Shown here: piece after piece, positions 38,599-49,005 of the stretch
Numbering within the stretch: the first letter of the stretch is position 1
Layout: each line of letters starts with the position of its first letter
DNA from: Deltaproteobacteria bacterium
GTDB taxonomy: Bacteria > Desulfobacterota_D > UBA1144 > Nemesobacterales > CSP1-2
Direction of reading: 5' to 3'
NCBI GenBank assembly: GCA_052390235.1
Contig: JBQTHB010000003.1
Location: forward strand, 160,001 to 224,000
Length of the DNA stretch: 64,000 bases
Notes under the pieces: generated by a model
What the model was told of the DNA's origin: nothing
Databases searched by the model: none
What the model saw: the letters and a program-made list of their open reading frames with translations, nothing else
Made by a program: the position numbers and the translations under genes

Positions 38599-39093
38599 AT
38601 GTTCAAAGTTGGCTCTAAGGCCGTTTATCCGGCTCACGGAGTTGTAGAGATAAGGGCAATTGAAGCTAAAGAGATTTGCGGCACTAAGAAGACCTTTTAC
38701 ATACTGAAGGTTCTTGAGAGCGACGTTACGGTGATGGTGCCTACCGACAACGCCGAGAACATCGGGCTAAGGCCCATTATCACCAAAACTGAAGTCCCAG
38801 GCATATACGAAATACTCAAGAATAAAAAAACCGTTGAACCCGTTCCGAACGGCAATCAAAGCTGGAACAAGCGCTACCGAGAGTACGTTGATAAGCTCAA
38901 AAGCGGCAACATTGTCGAGGTCGCCACGGTTCTAAAGAGTATCTACCTGCTGCGCGGCGAGAAAGAGCTTTCATTCGGGGAGCGGCGCATATTCGACAAC
39001 GCCCGCGTGCTTCTGATTAGAGAAATCGCCCTAGCCAAAGACTCAGACGAGCAATCCGTAGCCGGAGAGATTGAAAAACTCCTCACCGAATAA
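38599..39093 (+). CDS. carD: CarD family transcriptional regulator
   Basis: MFKVG..AVYPAHGV, VMVP, GLRP, WNKRYRE (conserved Trp), LSFGER. Confidence 0.95.
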   Translation: MFKVGSKAVYPAHGVVEIRAIEAKEICGTKKTFYILKVLESDVTVMVPTDNAENIGLRPIITKTEVPGIYEILKNKKTVEPVPNGNQSWNKRYREYVDKLKSGNIVEVATVLKSIYLLRGEKELSFGERRIFDNARVLLIREIALAKDSDEQSVAGEIEKLLTE

Positions 39094-39981
39094 ATGTCTC
39101 GCGAGCTGATTGACATAAAAGCCGCATCTAAACTCAAGGGTTTTCATTTCGGAGCCAAGTCCCGCGCGTCCGGTTACGCCTCTGGGATTCACAAAAGCGC
39201 GCACAAAGGGGTAAGCCCCGATTTTCTCGAATATAAAGAATACTCTGAGGGGGACGAGCTAAAGCGCGTTGACTGGCGTCTGTACGGCAGACAAGACCGC
39301 CTCTACGTCAGGAAATTTGAAGATGAGGCAATACTTAGATGGCTCATCTTGGTTGACCGAAGTGCCTCGATGGGATACGGCTCTGGTGGTGGGGAGACAA
39401 AGCTCGATTACGCCAAGCGCCTCGGGGCTACACTTGCGTATCTGCTCCTGAAGCAGGGGGACTCAGTGGGGATTTCGGATTTCTCGGCGGATGCAGGGAG
39501 GGGGGATTGCGAGGCAATTGCTCCCCGCTCGGGGGCATCGCAAATAACGCGGATAACCGAGAGGCTGGGCGCGCTGCGCGCTGGCGGCGGTACTCTCATC
39601 AAACAGGCGGCGCTCAGCACAATTGAGAGAATCCGGGGGGATGCGGCTCTGGTGGTAATATCGGATTTCCTAACCGAGGCGGGAGGGGTTAGAGAGAGTC
39701 TGAGGCTGATAAGCGCGTCTCGCAAAAAGGCGTTTTTCTTCCATGTGCTGGATGCTGGCGAGATGGATTTTAATTTCGAGGGGATAATCGAATTTGAGGA
39801 CCTCGAAGACGGCAGTAGAGTTTTAGTTGACGCCGGAGACATCCGAGAGGCTTACAGAGGGCGGATGAGGCGTTTCATCGCTGAAACCGCCGCCGTCTGC
39901 CACGAAAACGGTGCGGCGCATATACTCGCCCCCACGAACGCCCCGATAGAAGACGCGCTCCTGCAAATTGCAGTGAAATAA
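39094..39981 (+). CDS. DUF58 family vWA-like protein
   Basis: G.HKS...G.S.DF.EYKEY..GD, VDWR, DRSASM MIDAS, ISDF. Confidence 0.92.
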   Translation: MSRELIDIKAASKLKGFHFGAKSRASGYASGIHKSAHKGVSPDFLEYKEYSEGDELKRVDWRLYGRQDRLYVRKFEDEAILRWLILVDRSASMGYGSGGGETKLDYAKRLGATLAYLLLKQGDSVGISDFSADAGRGDCEAIAPRSGASQITRITERLGALRAGGGTLIKQAALSTIERIRGDAALVVISDFLTEAGGVRESLRLISASRKKAFFFHVLDAGEMDFNFEGIIEFEDLEDGSRVLVDAGDIREAYRGRMRRFIAETAAVCHENGAAHILAPTNAPIEDALLQIAVK

Positions 39982-40011
39982 CCGACGCGGGACGGGGGGG
40001 GGGTGGTATAA

Positions 40012-41970
40012 TTGAATTTCTCTTTGCTCAATCCCCTTTTCTTAATAGGACTTATAGCAGTAGCCCTGCCCGTTATCGCGCATCTAGTGTCGAGGAAAAA
40101 GGGGGCAACGCACAAATTCTCAGCCGTATCGCTCCTCCTCGCCTCGGACAGAGAATCCATAAGAAAATCAAACCCTAAGGATTTGCTCCTGCTCGCTCTA
40201 AGAGCTTTGGCTATAGCGCTTATCGCGCTGATGTTCGCCAAGCCCGCGACTCTCACCGATACCCCTGTGGACGTGAGCGAGATAAAATCTGCCGCTATCG
40301 TGATTGATAATTCCTTTAGCATGGGTTATGACGACAATTTCAGCATAGCTAAAAGCCGCGCCGAGGAAATTATCGAAGCCCTAGCCGATGGGAGCTTTGC
40401 GGCAGTATTCCCACTCGTGCCGCCGCCCGGGTTCAAGCCGGAAATCACAGCCGACAAGGGGAGACTCAAAAGCGACATATCCGCCGTAGCGCTCTCGCAC
40501 TCTTTCGCCGACAACGAGAGGAGATTGGCGGAGATATACGAAACCCTGGAAAACTCGCCCGCCGAGGGGAGCAGAGAGGTTATCTTCCTGACCGACTCCC
40601 AGAGAAACGGCTGGAGCGGCGAGCGCTTCGAGCGGGAATGGGTCAGCGCCGTTGACGTAGGCGATGGTTCGCCCCCCGAAAACCGCTCAGTAAATTATTT
40701 CGAGGTTGCAAGCTCCGGGGATTTTATCAGCGCGCGGGTAATAGCGGCGAATTACTCCGGCAATCCGGCGGAGGGGCTGCCGATTAGCGTTTCCGTCGGC
40801 GATAGCGAATCGAGCGGGTTTATCAGCATCAAAGCGCGGTCTCAGGAGGCCAGAGATTTCATATTCCCTCTAGTAGAACCCACCGCAGACGAGACGGCGG
40901 CAATAGCCAACCTGCCCGCCGACAAACTGCCCGCAGACGACACGCGATATTTCATGCTCTCTCGAATCGCCCAAATCCGCGCTTTGATAATTGACGGAGA
41001 CCCAAGGGAAGATGCGCGGCTCAGCGAGACTCACTACCTCGCCGAGGCGCTTGAGACGATTTCCGAAATCCGGGCGATGAGCCTCACGGTAAAAGACAAC
41101 GAGGCGTTTCTGGGCGAGCGCCTAGACAAATACAATTTCGTGATACTGGCAAATGTCAGCGACATCACCCCGCAAAAAGCCCAGGAGCTTGGGGAGTTCG
41201 TCGCACAGGGCGGGGCAACCCTGATATTTGCCGGAGAGCGCGTGAGAGCCGAAGTCTATAACGCCCTTCTCGGCGATATCCTTCCGGCGCAGTTCGTCGG
41301 AGAGGTTCGAGAGGGGTCATATTTTCTCTCGGCTGAGGGAGAGGCTTTCTCGGCTGAGGTCGCGGGGAAATTACCCCAAGCGGGGGTAGAAAAATTCTTC
41401 AAACTCGCCCCCGCGCCCGAATCGCGCACGATGATTCGTGTTGAAGACGGCTCGCCAATTCTGGTTGAGAAAAAAATCGGGCGGGGCAGAGCGTTTGTCT
41501 TTGCCTCCACTGCAGACCGCGCTTGGAACGGGTTTGCGCTCTGCGGGGCGTTTCTGCCCGCGATAAAAGAAATCCTAGACCTCGTCCAGAGTTCCGAGGG
41601 GGGCGGGAGAAACTTCACCGTGGGCGATTTGGTAAAAATAGAATTTTCTGGAGTAGCCGAAGCGGCATCGGTGAAATCCCCCGCTGGAGAGGAGTTTGCG
41701 GTCGGCGCGGATAATCCAATATTTGATAAGACCCTCTCCCCCGGAATTTACAGCGTGAATTTCGACGGAGGCGGATACTCCTTCGCCGTAAATGTGGATG
41801 CGCGGGAGTCGAATCTCGATAAAATCAATCTGGGCAAACCCGCCGAGAAATCCCCCCGCGGGGGCGGCAAGGCGAGGGCGACTAGAGAGCTATGGGGATA
41901 TTTTCTCTGGGCGGCGGTCGTATTATTAATCGCTGAGTCGGCAGTGCGCTCGGTTCGGAGATGGAATTAA
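40012..41970 (+). CDS. BatA-domain/vWA membrane protein with GATase-like domain
   Basis: FxxxNP...ALPVIAHL, FSAV.LL, LLLALR, FAKP, IDNSFSM MIDAS; C-terminal ESNL..ELW..E TM. Confidence 0.88.
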   Translation: MNFSLLNPLFLIGLIAVALPVIAHLVSRKKGATHKFSAVSLLLASDRESIRKSNPKDLLLLALRALAIALIALMFAKPATLTDTPVDVSEIKSAAIVIDNSFSMGYDDNFSIAKSRAEEIIEALADGSFAAVFPLVPPPGFKPEITADKGRLKSDISAVALSHSFADNERRLAEIYETLENSPAEGSREVIFLTDSQRNGWSGERFEREWVSAVDVGDGSPPENRSVNYFEVASSGDFISARVIAANYSGNPAEGLPISVSVGDSESSGFISIKARSQEARDFIFPLVEPTADETAAIANLPADKLPADDTRYFMLSRIAQIRALIIDGDPREDARLSETHYLAEALETISEIRAMSLTVKDNEAFLGERLDKYNFVILANVSDITPQKAQELGEFVAQGGATLIFAGERVRAEVYNALLGDILPAQFVGEVREGSYFLSAEGEAFSAEVAGKLPQAGVEKFFKLAPAPESRTMIRVEDGSPILVEKKIGRGRAFVFASTADRAWNGFALCGAFLPAIKEILDLVQSSEGGGRNFTVGDLVKIEFSGVAEAASVKSPAGEEFAVGADNPIFDKTLSPGIYSVNFDGGGYSFAVNVDARESNLDKINLGKPAEKSPRGGGKARATRELWGYFLWAAVVLLIAESAVRSVRRWN

Positions 41971-43379
41971 TCAGCGAGGCTTGCGCCGTCCATCGAGGCG
42001 GGGGCGGAGTAGCCAAGCAGAGCGAGAATTGTCGGGAAAACGTCAACCGTTCTTGCCGGCGCTCTTTTAATCGGCGCGCTCATGCACAGGGGCACTATCA
42101 TGTGGTCTCGAAACAGCGCCCCGTGCGAGGAGCAATGCTCAGGATTTTCGTGCCGCGCTCGGAGGTCGAACCCGCGCCTTGCGCTGAGGACTAAATCCCC
42201 AGTGCGAGGGGATTCAAAGAGCTGGAGTAGCTGAACCAGCGCGTCAGGATAATCCGTATCGAAGCTAAGCCTGAGGCTCTCTTCGGGGGTCATTTTCTGG
42301 GGCATATCGGCATATCCGAACGGGTCTGCGCCGCGCTTTTGGTAGCGCACAAATCCATTGTCGAGCCAAACCGACGCCTCCCCGCGCAGGCTCTTAATCC
42401 TCACCCCTCCGGTCTCGTCCGCTGCGGCGATAATATCAATTTCGGGTCTATCCAGAAGAGAGGCGGCAAGGGGATATAACTCCTCGTATGTGTTTCTCCG
42501 GCGCCAGCCCGCAGGATTTTTCACATAGACGTGCGCCATGGCGTTTCCCGATACCATTACAGAGGCAGTGGCGGCGGCGTAGTTTCTGAAAATGTAGGGA
42601 TAGTAAAACGTCCTATAGCCGGATTTGTCCATAAAATCGAGCGCGTCAAAGTGAGAGTGGGTTTGAGTTAGCCCGTGGTCGCTTCCGAGAACAAAGAGCG
42701 TCTCGTCTAATTTCCCGCTTCTGCGCAGAGCGGATGCGACATCTCCGAGGGCGCGGTCAATTCTGCGGTACGAATCCAGCGCTTTGCCGTGGAACGGGTG
42801 ATAGAGATGCGAATAGGTGTCAATCCCCAAGAACACGACGCAGGTGAATTGAATGGACTCGCCGAGGGATTTTAGCAGGATTCGTCCGGCGGCGGCGTCC
42901 ACTTCGTCGCAGTTTTCGGTGAAATGGCTCTTGAGCTTCAGATAGAATTTGCTGAATTTGGTTTTATCGCCCCTTGCCGAAATCCCTCGTGATACCTCGT
43001 TGAGGATGCTCGCGCTGTTTGGAATCAGCTCAAAAATCGTGGGGGAATCCGCAGACAGGTCGCTGTTGAGCAAAACCCCCTCGATGCCGATGTAGCTTCT
43101 GGAGCGGTAGAGCGAAAAGAGCTTCTGCTCGTAAACCTGCCTATCGAACCAGCGGATGCCGGGGAGGTTGCATCTGCCGGGGAATTTTCCCATCAGGTAG
43201 GGCGTGTAAGCCGGGCCAGTGGTGGAGGGGAAAACCGTAACGGCGCGGGCGTATGAGCCTCTCTCAACTATGTATTTTGAGATATTGGGAAGGTCTCCGC
43301 GGCTGAGGAGTTCCTCGAGAACATCGGCTCTTGCGCCGTCCGCCATGATAAAAATACAACTTTTAAACCGCCCAGCCAC
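41967..43379 (-). CDS. Alkaline phosphatase superfamily protein (nucleotide pyrophosphatase/phosphodiesterase-like)
   Basis: ADGAR, FPSTTGP, DTYSH, SDHG, SHG, RTVDVFPT; GTG start with GGAG RBS. Confidence 0.88.
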   Translation of the reverse strand: MAGRFKSCIFIMADGARADVLEELLSRGDLPNISKYIVERGSYARAVTVFPSTTGPAYTPYLMGKFPGRCNLPGIRWFDRQVYEQKLFSLYRSRSYIGIEGVLLNSDLSADSPTIFELIPNSASILNEVSRGISARGDKTKFSKFYLKLKSHFTENCDEVDAAAGRILLKSLGESIQFTCVVFLGIDTYSHLYHPFHGKALDSYRRIDRALGDVASALRRSGKLDETLFVLGSDHGLTQTHSHFDALDFMDKSGYRTFYYPYIFRNYAAATASVMVSGNAMAHVYVKNPAGWRRRNTYEELYPLAASLLDRPEIDIIAAADETGGVRIKSLRGEASVWLDNGFVRYQKRGADPFGYADMPQKMTPEESLRLSFDTDYPDALVQLLQLFESPRTGDLVLSARRGFDLRARHENPEHCSSHGALFRDHMIVPLCMSAPIKRAPARTVDVFPTILALLGYSAPASMDGASLAD

Positions 43380-43512
43380 GATGAGAATCTCCAGAATTAG
43401 TATCAATAGGAAAAAACGGCGGCACGGTGAATCGCCGCAGCTCAAGGGGACTCATAATAAACCTAATATGCGCATAATTCCAGCGTTAGATAAAGAGCGC
43501 GGATGGGGTTTC

Positions 43513-46293
43513 TCAGGAGAAGTATTTGAGATAGACCGCCCGAATTGCGTCGGTTTTGGCGATGTATGTACGCCGCAGTTCCTCTCCGCCGCCTTCGATG
43601 CCGAGTTGCATGGCGAGCTTTGTGAAGTCTGATAATCCAAGTTCGCTTGTAGCGCTGTCGCGCAGGAGCCTCAGTAAATTCTCGAGCCTCTTTAGGAACG
43701 AGAGTCCATCCGCGAGGGTGGAGAAATCCGTACCGGCGATAATTTTCCGCTTCTTTGCCGCGGAAAGCGCCGAGAGCGTGTTCTGAGTCCTCATCTCTTC
43801 AAACTGGGAGCCGAATTTAAGCTGAAGCATCTGGGCGAGAAATTCAGCGTCCACAATCCCCCCGCGCCCGGTTTTGAGGTTAAATTTCCCCTCCCCCTCC
43901 TTGGCGAGTTCCCTTTCCATTCGGGAGCGCATATGGTTAATTTCGGAGTGGAAATTCCCATCAAGCGCGCCCTCATAGACGAAATGGCGAATTGCCTTAA
44001 TTGTCTCCCGTCCTAACTCGGCGCTGCCGGCACAGGCTCTGGCGCGTATCAACGCCTGCCTCTCCCAGAGCCTCGCGCTAGCCTCGTGATAGCTCCGAAA
44101 GGACTCAAGCGACGACACCAGAGCGCCGGATTTGCCCGAGGGTCTGAGTCCCATGTCAATCTTATAGGCGAATCCCTCCGCAGTGGGGATTGACAGCACG
44201 GATATCATCCTCTGCCCCAGTTTGGAGAAAAACTCGTGGTTCTCGCCCGGGTAGATAAAGATAATATCGAGGTCAGAGTTATAGCTCATCTCCCTGCCGC
44301 CGAGCTTGCCCATGCCGAGAATCGCCATATCCGAGGGTTTTGCCGATTCGTCAGATTTTTTCATCAGACTCTCGCCGGCAAGCCCCAGTGCGACTTCCAT
44401 CATGGCGTCAGCGAGGTTGGCGAGGCTCTCCCCGACGGATGGGGCATCGAGTTCGCCGTTTAAATCCCTGAGGCAGAGCTTTAGCGTCTCGACGTTTTTA
44501 AATCTCCTGATGGCGTTGAGCTTTCCCTCGTAATCCCGCTCTTCGGAAAGCGCCCTCTTTAGCTCCTCCAGCATCTCGCGCTTCGTGCGGAACTCCCTCC
44601 ACGCGCTCCTGAGCGTTATCACATCCAAATACTCCGGGTGCCTGATGAGGAAATTCGACAGGTACGCGCTCGTCGAGAACAGTCGTGAGAGTAGCTCCAA
44701 TATGTCGGGATTCTCCGAGAGCATGGCAAATATTGAGGTGCGCCATCCGATGCCGGAGATGAACCGTTCGAGGTTTCTAAGGGCGGCGTCGGGGTCTGCG
44801 GAGTATATAACCTTCCCCAAGAAAGCCGGAACAACGCGCCTTGTGAGGGTTCGCCCCTTTTGCGTTAAGCCCCCTTTTTTGGTGTCGAGAAGGGCGCCAA
44901 TGAGTTCGGCGGATGTCCGGGGGTATTTGAACCCCAAATTTTTGAGACGCTCCAGCGCGCGGGCTTCATCTACATTTCCCTCGGAGAGGAAATCGGCGAG
45001 TTCGAGAAATTCCCTGCCCTCATCCTCGATTTTTTTCGACGGCTCATAAAAAAGTTGATTGTAATTCTTCGACACTTCTGAGGTTTGACGGGCGTATTCC
45101 GTCTCGAACCCATCTTTTGCGCCAAGCCCTACCCTCTTGGCAAGGGCATCGAGGCTCTGGGCATCTTCGGGGATTTTATGGGTCTGAAGCTCGTCAACAA
45201 GCTGAATTGCGTGTTCCACCCGCCGGAGGAACAGGTAAGACGCGCTAAGGGAGTCGCAAACCGCGCGCTCGATAATTTTCATCTCCTGGAGTTTCAACAA
45301 CGCCCTGAGCGTGCTTCGCTCCCTGAGGGATTCAACTGCGCCGCCGTTGACGAGCTGTAGGGCTTGCGTGAAAAACTCGATTTCGCGGATACCCCCTCTG
45401 CCGAGCTTCACGTCGCGTTTTTTTTGGAGTCTGTTGAGCTTTGCCTTCATCTCTTTGAGGTCTTCAATTGAGGCGTAATCGAGGAATTTTTTATAGACGA
45501 AAGGGGCGATTTCCCGATTAAACCTCTGCCCCAGGGCTATATCGCCCGCAATGGGCATGGCTTTAATCATCGCCGCCCTCTCCCAAGTGTCTCCCCAGTA
45601 GAAATAATGCTCCAGCGCGCCGTCAAGCGACAGGGCTACATCGCTCTTGCTCCCGCCGGGGCGAAGCGCGAGGTCAACCCTGTACAGAAAGCCGTCTTCG
45701 GTGATGGAGGCAAGGGCTTTTGTGATTTTCTCAGAGAGCTTAAATATGGGGTCTGGGTTTTTCGTACCCTTGTAGAGGTAGATTAAATCAATATCGGAGC
45801 TTAGGTTCAGTTCCCTGCCGCCGAGCTTGCCCATGCCCAGAACGACGAATTTCATAGAGGCAGGGATTTTAAGCTCTCGCTTAAAGAAACGGAAAACGGC
45901 TTCCACAGCGGAGGCTGCGAGGTCTGAGAGTTCAGCCATCATCTCGGTAAATTCGCCGAATCCGAGAATATCCCGATAGACAATGCGGGAAAGTTCGTGG
46001 TATTTGTAACGGCGAAGAGCCCCCATAAGCTCGGCTTCGGAAGCCGCTCCGAGGGCGATATGCACAGATTCAGAGAGGGTTTGCTCGTAGGGCTTCGGGG
46101 CGTGGAGGGATTCGGAGTTGACAAGAGAGTCGAGAATGGACGGGTCTTTAATGGCGGCTCGTCCGAGAAACCGGCTATAGGACGCGAGGAGGCGGAGAGT
46201 TTCTTCTTTTTTGGGGGATAGAGCGCCGCCCCGTTCCCTGAAGAGTTGTAGCGCGTTATCGGCGGTCTGCGAATCTGGGAAAACCCTATTCAA
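43513..46293 (-). CDS. glnE: Bifunctional glutamine synthetase adenylyltransferase/adenylyl-removing enzyme
   Basis: Two GMGKLGGRE..(S)D.D nucleotidyltransferase domains, LRP.G, WER, K.GRGGI. Confidence 0.96.
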   Translation of the reverse strand: MNRVFPDSQTADNALQLFRERGGALSPKKEETLRLLASYSRFLGRAAIKDPSILDSLVNSESLHAPKPYEQTLSESVHIALGAASEAELMGALRRYKYHELSRIVYRDILGFGEFTEMMAELSDLAASAVEAVFRFFKRELKIPASMKFVVLGMGKLGGRELNLSSDIDLIYLYKGTKNPDPIFKLSEKITKALASITEDGFLYRVDLALRPGGSKSDVALSLDGALEHYFYWGDTWERAAMIKAMPIAGDIALGQRFNREIAPFVYKKFLDYASIEDLKEMKAKLNRLQKKRDVKLGRGGIREIEFFTQALQLVNGGAVESLRERSTLRALLKLQEMKIIERAVCDSLSASYLFLRRVEHAIQLVDELQTHKIPEDAQSLDALAKRVGLGAKDGFETEYARQTSEVSKNYNQLFYEPSKKIEDEGREFLELADFLSEGNVDEARALERLKNLGFKYPRTSAELIGALLDTKKGGLTQKGRTLTRRVVPAFLGKVIYSADPDAALRNLERFISGIGWRTSIFAMLSENPDILELLSRLFSTSAYLSNFLIRHPEYLDVITLRSAWREFRTKREMLEELKRALSEERDYEGKLNAIRRFKNVETLKLCLRDLNGELDAPSVGESLANLADAMMEVALGLAGESLMKKSDESAKPSDMAILGMGKLGGREMSYNSDLDIIFIYPGENHEFFSKLGQRMISVLSIPTAEGFAYKIDMGLRPSGKSGALVSSLESFRSYHEASARLWERQALIRARACAGSAELGRETIKAIRHFVYEGALDGNFHSEINHMRSRMERELAKEGEGKFNLKTGRGGIVDAEFLAQMLQLKFGSQFEEMRTQNTLSALSAAKKRKIIAGTDFSTLADGLSFLKRLENLLRLLRDSATSELGLSDFTKLAMQLGIEGGGEELRRTYIAKTDAIRAVYLKYFS

Positions 46294-46600
46294 CCCTGAT
46301 TTTCCTAGTGGATTTTTTTCGGGAGCGGGGTTTACGATAAGAGGATTTTGAATCCGATGATGAGGAGGGAGCGTCGGGCGTCGCCGTGCGGTTTAGAATA
46401 TCGGCAAGGGTTATCACCAAGCCGAACCCGCGTTTTATGGATTTCCCGGCGACATCCCAGATTTGCTCTCTGCCCTGCCTCTCGCGCAGAAGCCCCCCGA
46501 CGCCTTTGACGGCGAACCCGGCGGCGATGATGCCCTCAGTGGCGGCTTTGATGAAATGCCCCCTTGCCTTCTCTAAATCGCTCAGCTCTTTTTTCTTCAT
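46286..46600 (-). CDS. Small hypothetical protein with basic C-terminal tail
   Basis: 104-aa ORF overlapping the glnE start; extended -10 TGgTAAAAT 6 nt before ATG. Confidence 0.65.
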   Translation of the reverse strand: MKKKELSDLEKARGHFIKAATEGIIAAGFAVKGVGGLLRERQGREQIWDVAGKSIKRGFGLVITLADILNRTATPDAPSSSSDSKSSYRKPRSRKKSTRKIRVE

Positions 46601-46831
46601 ATCGGAATTTTACCACAAACCGGGGCTAATTTAACACAAATTCGGGATAATCGAGGGGAGCGGGCCGTCTGCGAATATTCCGCCTAATCACTCCGGCTCA
46701 AGCCCCGATAGTAGCGCGCCGGGGGCGAGCGTTAAATCTCCGGTGGGGGAATCGGCTGAGCGGATGGCGGGGCAGTGACTCCCCGGAAATCCCGGCATCC
46801 CGCGCCCGCATCTGAAACCATCTTAACAGAG

Positions 46832-47191
46832 CTAGGTGATTATAGAGGGGCCCTGGGCTTCTTTCTGGCGGCTACGCTTGACCTTCTCTTCGATAAGCAC
46901 GAAGAGCCTATTTTTAAAACTATCGTCGTAGGCGCAGATGTCCGGTATGATGCAACCCATAAGGGCGATTTTGAGGAAAAATTCTGTATTTGCCCTCAGA
47001 TGGTCTTCTTGGTGCTGACCCCCGTAGGCGCCGGAGAGGTTATTGTAAATCGCCTCCCCAAGCTGATTGGCAACCTCGACGATGCTCATTCCAGGGGCGG
47101 TTTGCTGAAGGGCAGATACGCCCATATTGAAAGCCATTGTGATTGAGGTCATCATAGGGGACTGTTGCTGACTCTGTTCCTGCTCGCTCAT
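46832..47191 (-). CDS. Hypothetical protein
   Basis: 119-aa ORF with GGGAGG RBS. Confidence 0.75.
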   Translation of the reverse strand: MSEQEQSQQQSPMMTSITMAFNMGVSALQQTAPGMSIVEVANQLGEAIYNNLSGAYGGQHQEDHLRANTEFFLKIALMGCIIPDICAYDDSFKNRLFVLIEEKVKRSRQKEAQGPSIIT

Positions 47192-47310
47192 AACTATTGA
47201 TTCCTCCCGATTTGTATTTGGCGGCGCGCTGAAAATCAATCTCAAACGCGATTTGCGGATTTGTTAAATATAGTGAAAAATTAAGAACAATCAAATCCGC
47301 AGGAGGCGCG

Positions 47311-49005
47311 ATGTCTCAAGTTCACGGCGGCAGGCTCGTCGTCAAAACCCTCAGCGAACTCGGAGTAAGAGACATATTTTCCCTGAGCGGGGGGCATATA
47401 AACCCCATTTACGATGCCTGCGGGGATTTCGGCATCAGGCTCATTGACACCCACCATGAACAGGGGGCGGCAATGGCGGCGGACGCATACGGGCGCGTCA
47501 AAAGAGAGCCTGGGGTGTGCCTCGTTACGGCGGGGCCCGGATTTACAAACGCCCTCACGGGAATCGCCGGAGCGTTCATGTCGAACTCCCCCTGCCTGTT
47601 TCTCGCGGGCAAGACCGGAATTGAAGAGAGCGACAGACTCCCGCTGCAGGAAATTGACCAGCAGGCAATGATAACCCCCATCACGAAGTGGGCGAGAACA
47701 GTCTATGACGCGCACCGCCTGCCGGAGTACATAGCATCGGCTTACAAGAGGGCGATTTCCGGCAGACCGGGCCCAGTCTATCTGGGAATGCCGCATGAAA
47801 TCCTCTACGAGAGCGTTAGCGAAGGAGATGTCTATCGCTACAACGTTAAAGCCCCTTATTCCAAATCCGAAGCCCCGTCCGAAGCCGCCTCGGAAGCCCT
47901 AGATTTGATTATGTCCGCCCGAAGACCCGTCCTCATTGCGGGAAGCGGGGCGTGGTACTCAGGGGCTGATGGAGAAATCCTGCGCTTCATCGAAAGAGCC
48001 GAAATGCCTTTATTCACGCTCAATTTCGGGCGCGGGATAGTATCCGATAAGCACCCCCTGTGTTTCGGAGCGGCAAGCCCCGGCGCGCCTAGCGGATTCA
48101 AGAGGGCAACCTCCGAAGCCGATTTAATTATTCTCCTCGGCATCAGACTCAGCCTGTACATCGGCTGGGGGAGAACGTTCAACCCGGAGGCAAAAGTCAT
48201 ACAGGTGGACATTGACCCCTCGGAAATCGGGCGAAACCGCCCCGCTGACCTCGGCATTGCGGCGGACATTAGCAAGACCCTTTCCCGTCTCACAGAGGGG
48301 CTGGAAAAAAGGCAGGTTCGGCTGAATTTTCAGCGCTGGACGGCGCGCATAAGGGCTTGGAGGGACGAAGAATGGGGGCAGATGGTGGAAGGGGCGGCAA
48401 CATCCGACAGAGTCCCCATGCACGCACTGAGGGTGATTAGAGCCGTCGAGGAGGTCATGGACGCGGACGGGATGCTCGTCATTGATGGAGGGGACACGCA
48501 AGCATTCTGCGACAGCGCGTATCAAGTGCAAAAACCTGGGCATTACGTCAAAGGAGGGCCGCTTGGGTGCATGGGCGTGGGAGTGCCCTTTGCCATCGGG
48601 ACAAAAGCCGCTTACCCAAGTAGGCAGGTTTGCCTCATCACGGGGGACGGCGCGGTGGGGATGAATTTTATGGAATTCGAGACGGCGATAAGACACAAAC
48701 TGCCCTTCGTTGCGGTTGTGTGCAACGACCAGGGCTGGGGAATGACCAAGCATCAGCTGTGGCTATCATACGGCAGGGATAAGAAAACGGCGGGGGTTGA
48801 CCTCCCGTTTACGCCGTTTCACGAGATTGTGAAAGCGCTGGGAGGGTATGGAGAGACCGTCTCAGGGCCCAGAGAGCTTCGGGGAGCGATAGAGCGGGCA
48901 TTTTCCGCCGGAGTTGCCGCGCTGATAAATGTCCCCACAGACCCGGAAGCCATAAGCCCCGCGACATACGCCCTGACACAGATGATGACACCGAAGCACA
49001 GATGA
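47311..49005 (+). CDS. Thiamine pyrophosphate-dependent enzyme (acetolactate synthase-like / 2-hydroxyacyl-CoA lyase-like)
   Basis: LSGGHI, HEQGA, TAGPG.TN, GRPGPV, GCMGVG, GDG...ND TPP motif. Confidence 0.9.
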   Translation: MSQVHGGRLVVKTLSELGVRDIFSLSGGHINPIYDACGDFGIRLIDTHHEQGAAMAADAYGRVKREPGVCLVTAGPGFTNALTGIAGAFMSNSPCLFLAGKTGIEESDRLPLQEIDQQAMITPITKWARTVYDAHRLPEYIASAYKRAISGRPGPVYLGMPHEILYESVSEGDVYRYNVKAPYSKSEAPSEAASEALDLIMSARRPVLIAGSGAWYSGADGEILRFIERAEMPLFTLNFGRGIVSDKHPLCFGAASPGAPSGFKRATSEADLIILLGIRLSLYIGWGRTFNPEAKVIQVDIDPSEIGRNRPADLGIAADISKTLSRLTEGLEKRQVRLNFQRWTARIRAWRDEEWGQMVEGAATSDRVPMHALRVIRAVEEVMDADGMLVIDGGDTQAFCDSAYQVQKPGHYVKGGPLGCMGVGVPFAIGTKAAYPSRQVCLITGDGAVGMNFMEFETAIRHKLPFVAVVCNDQGWGMTKHQLWLSYGRDKKTAGVDLPFTPFHEIVKALGGYGETVSGPRELRGAIERAFSAGVAALINVPTDPEAISPATYALTQMMTPKHR

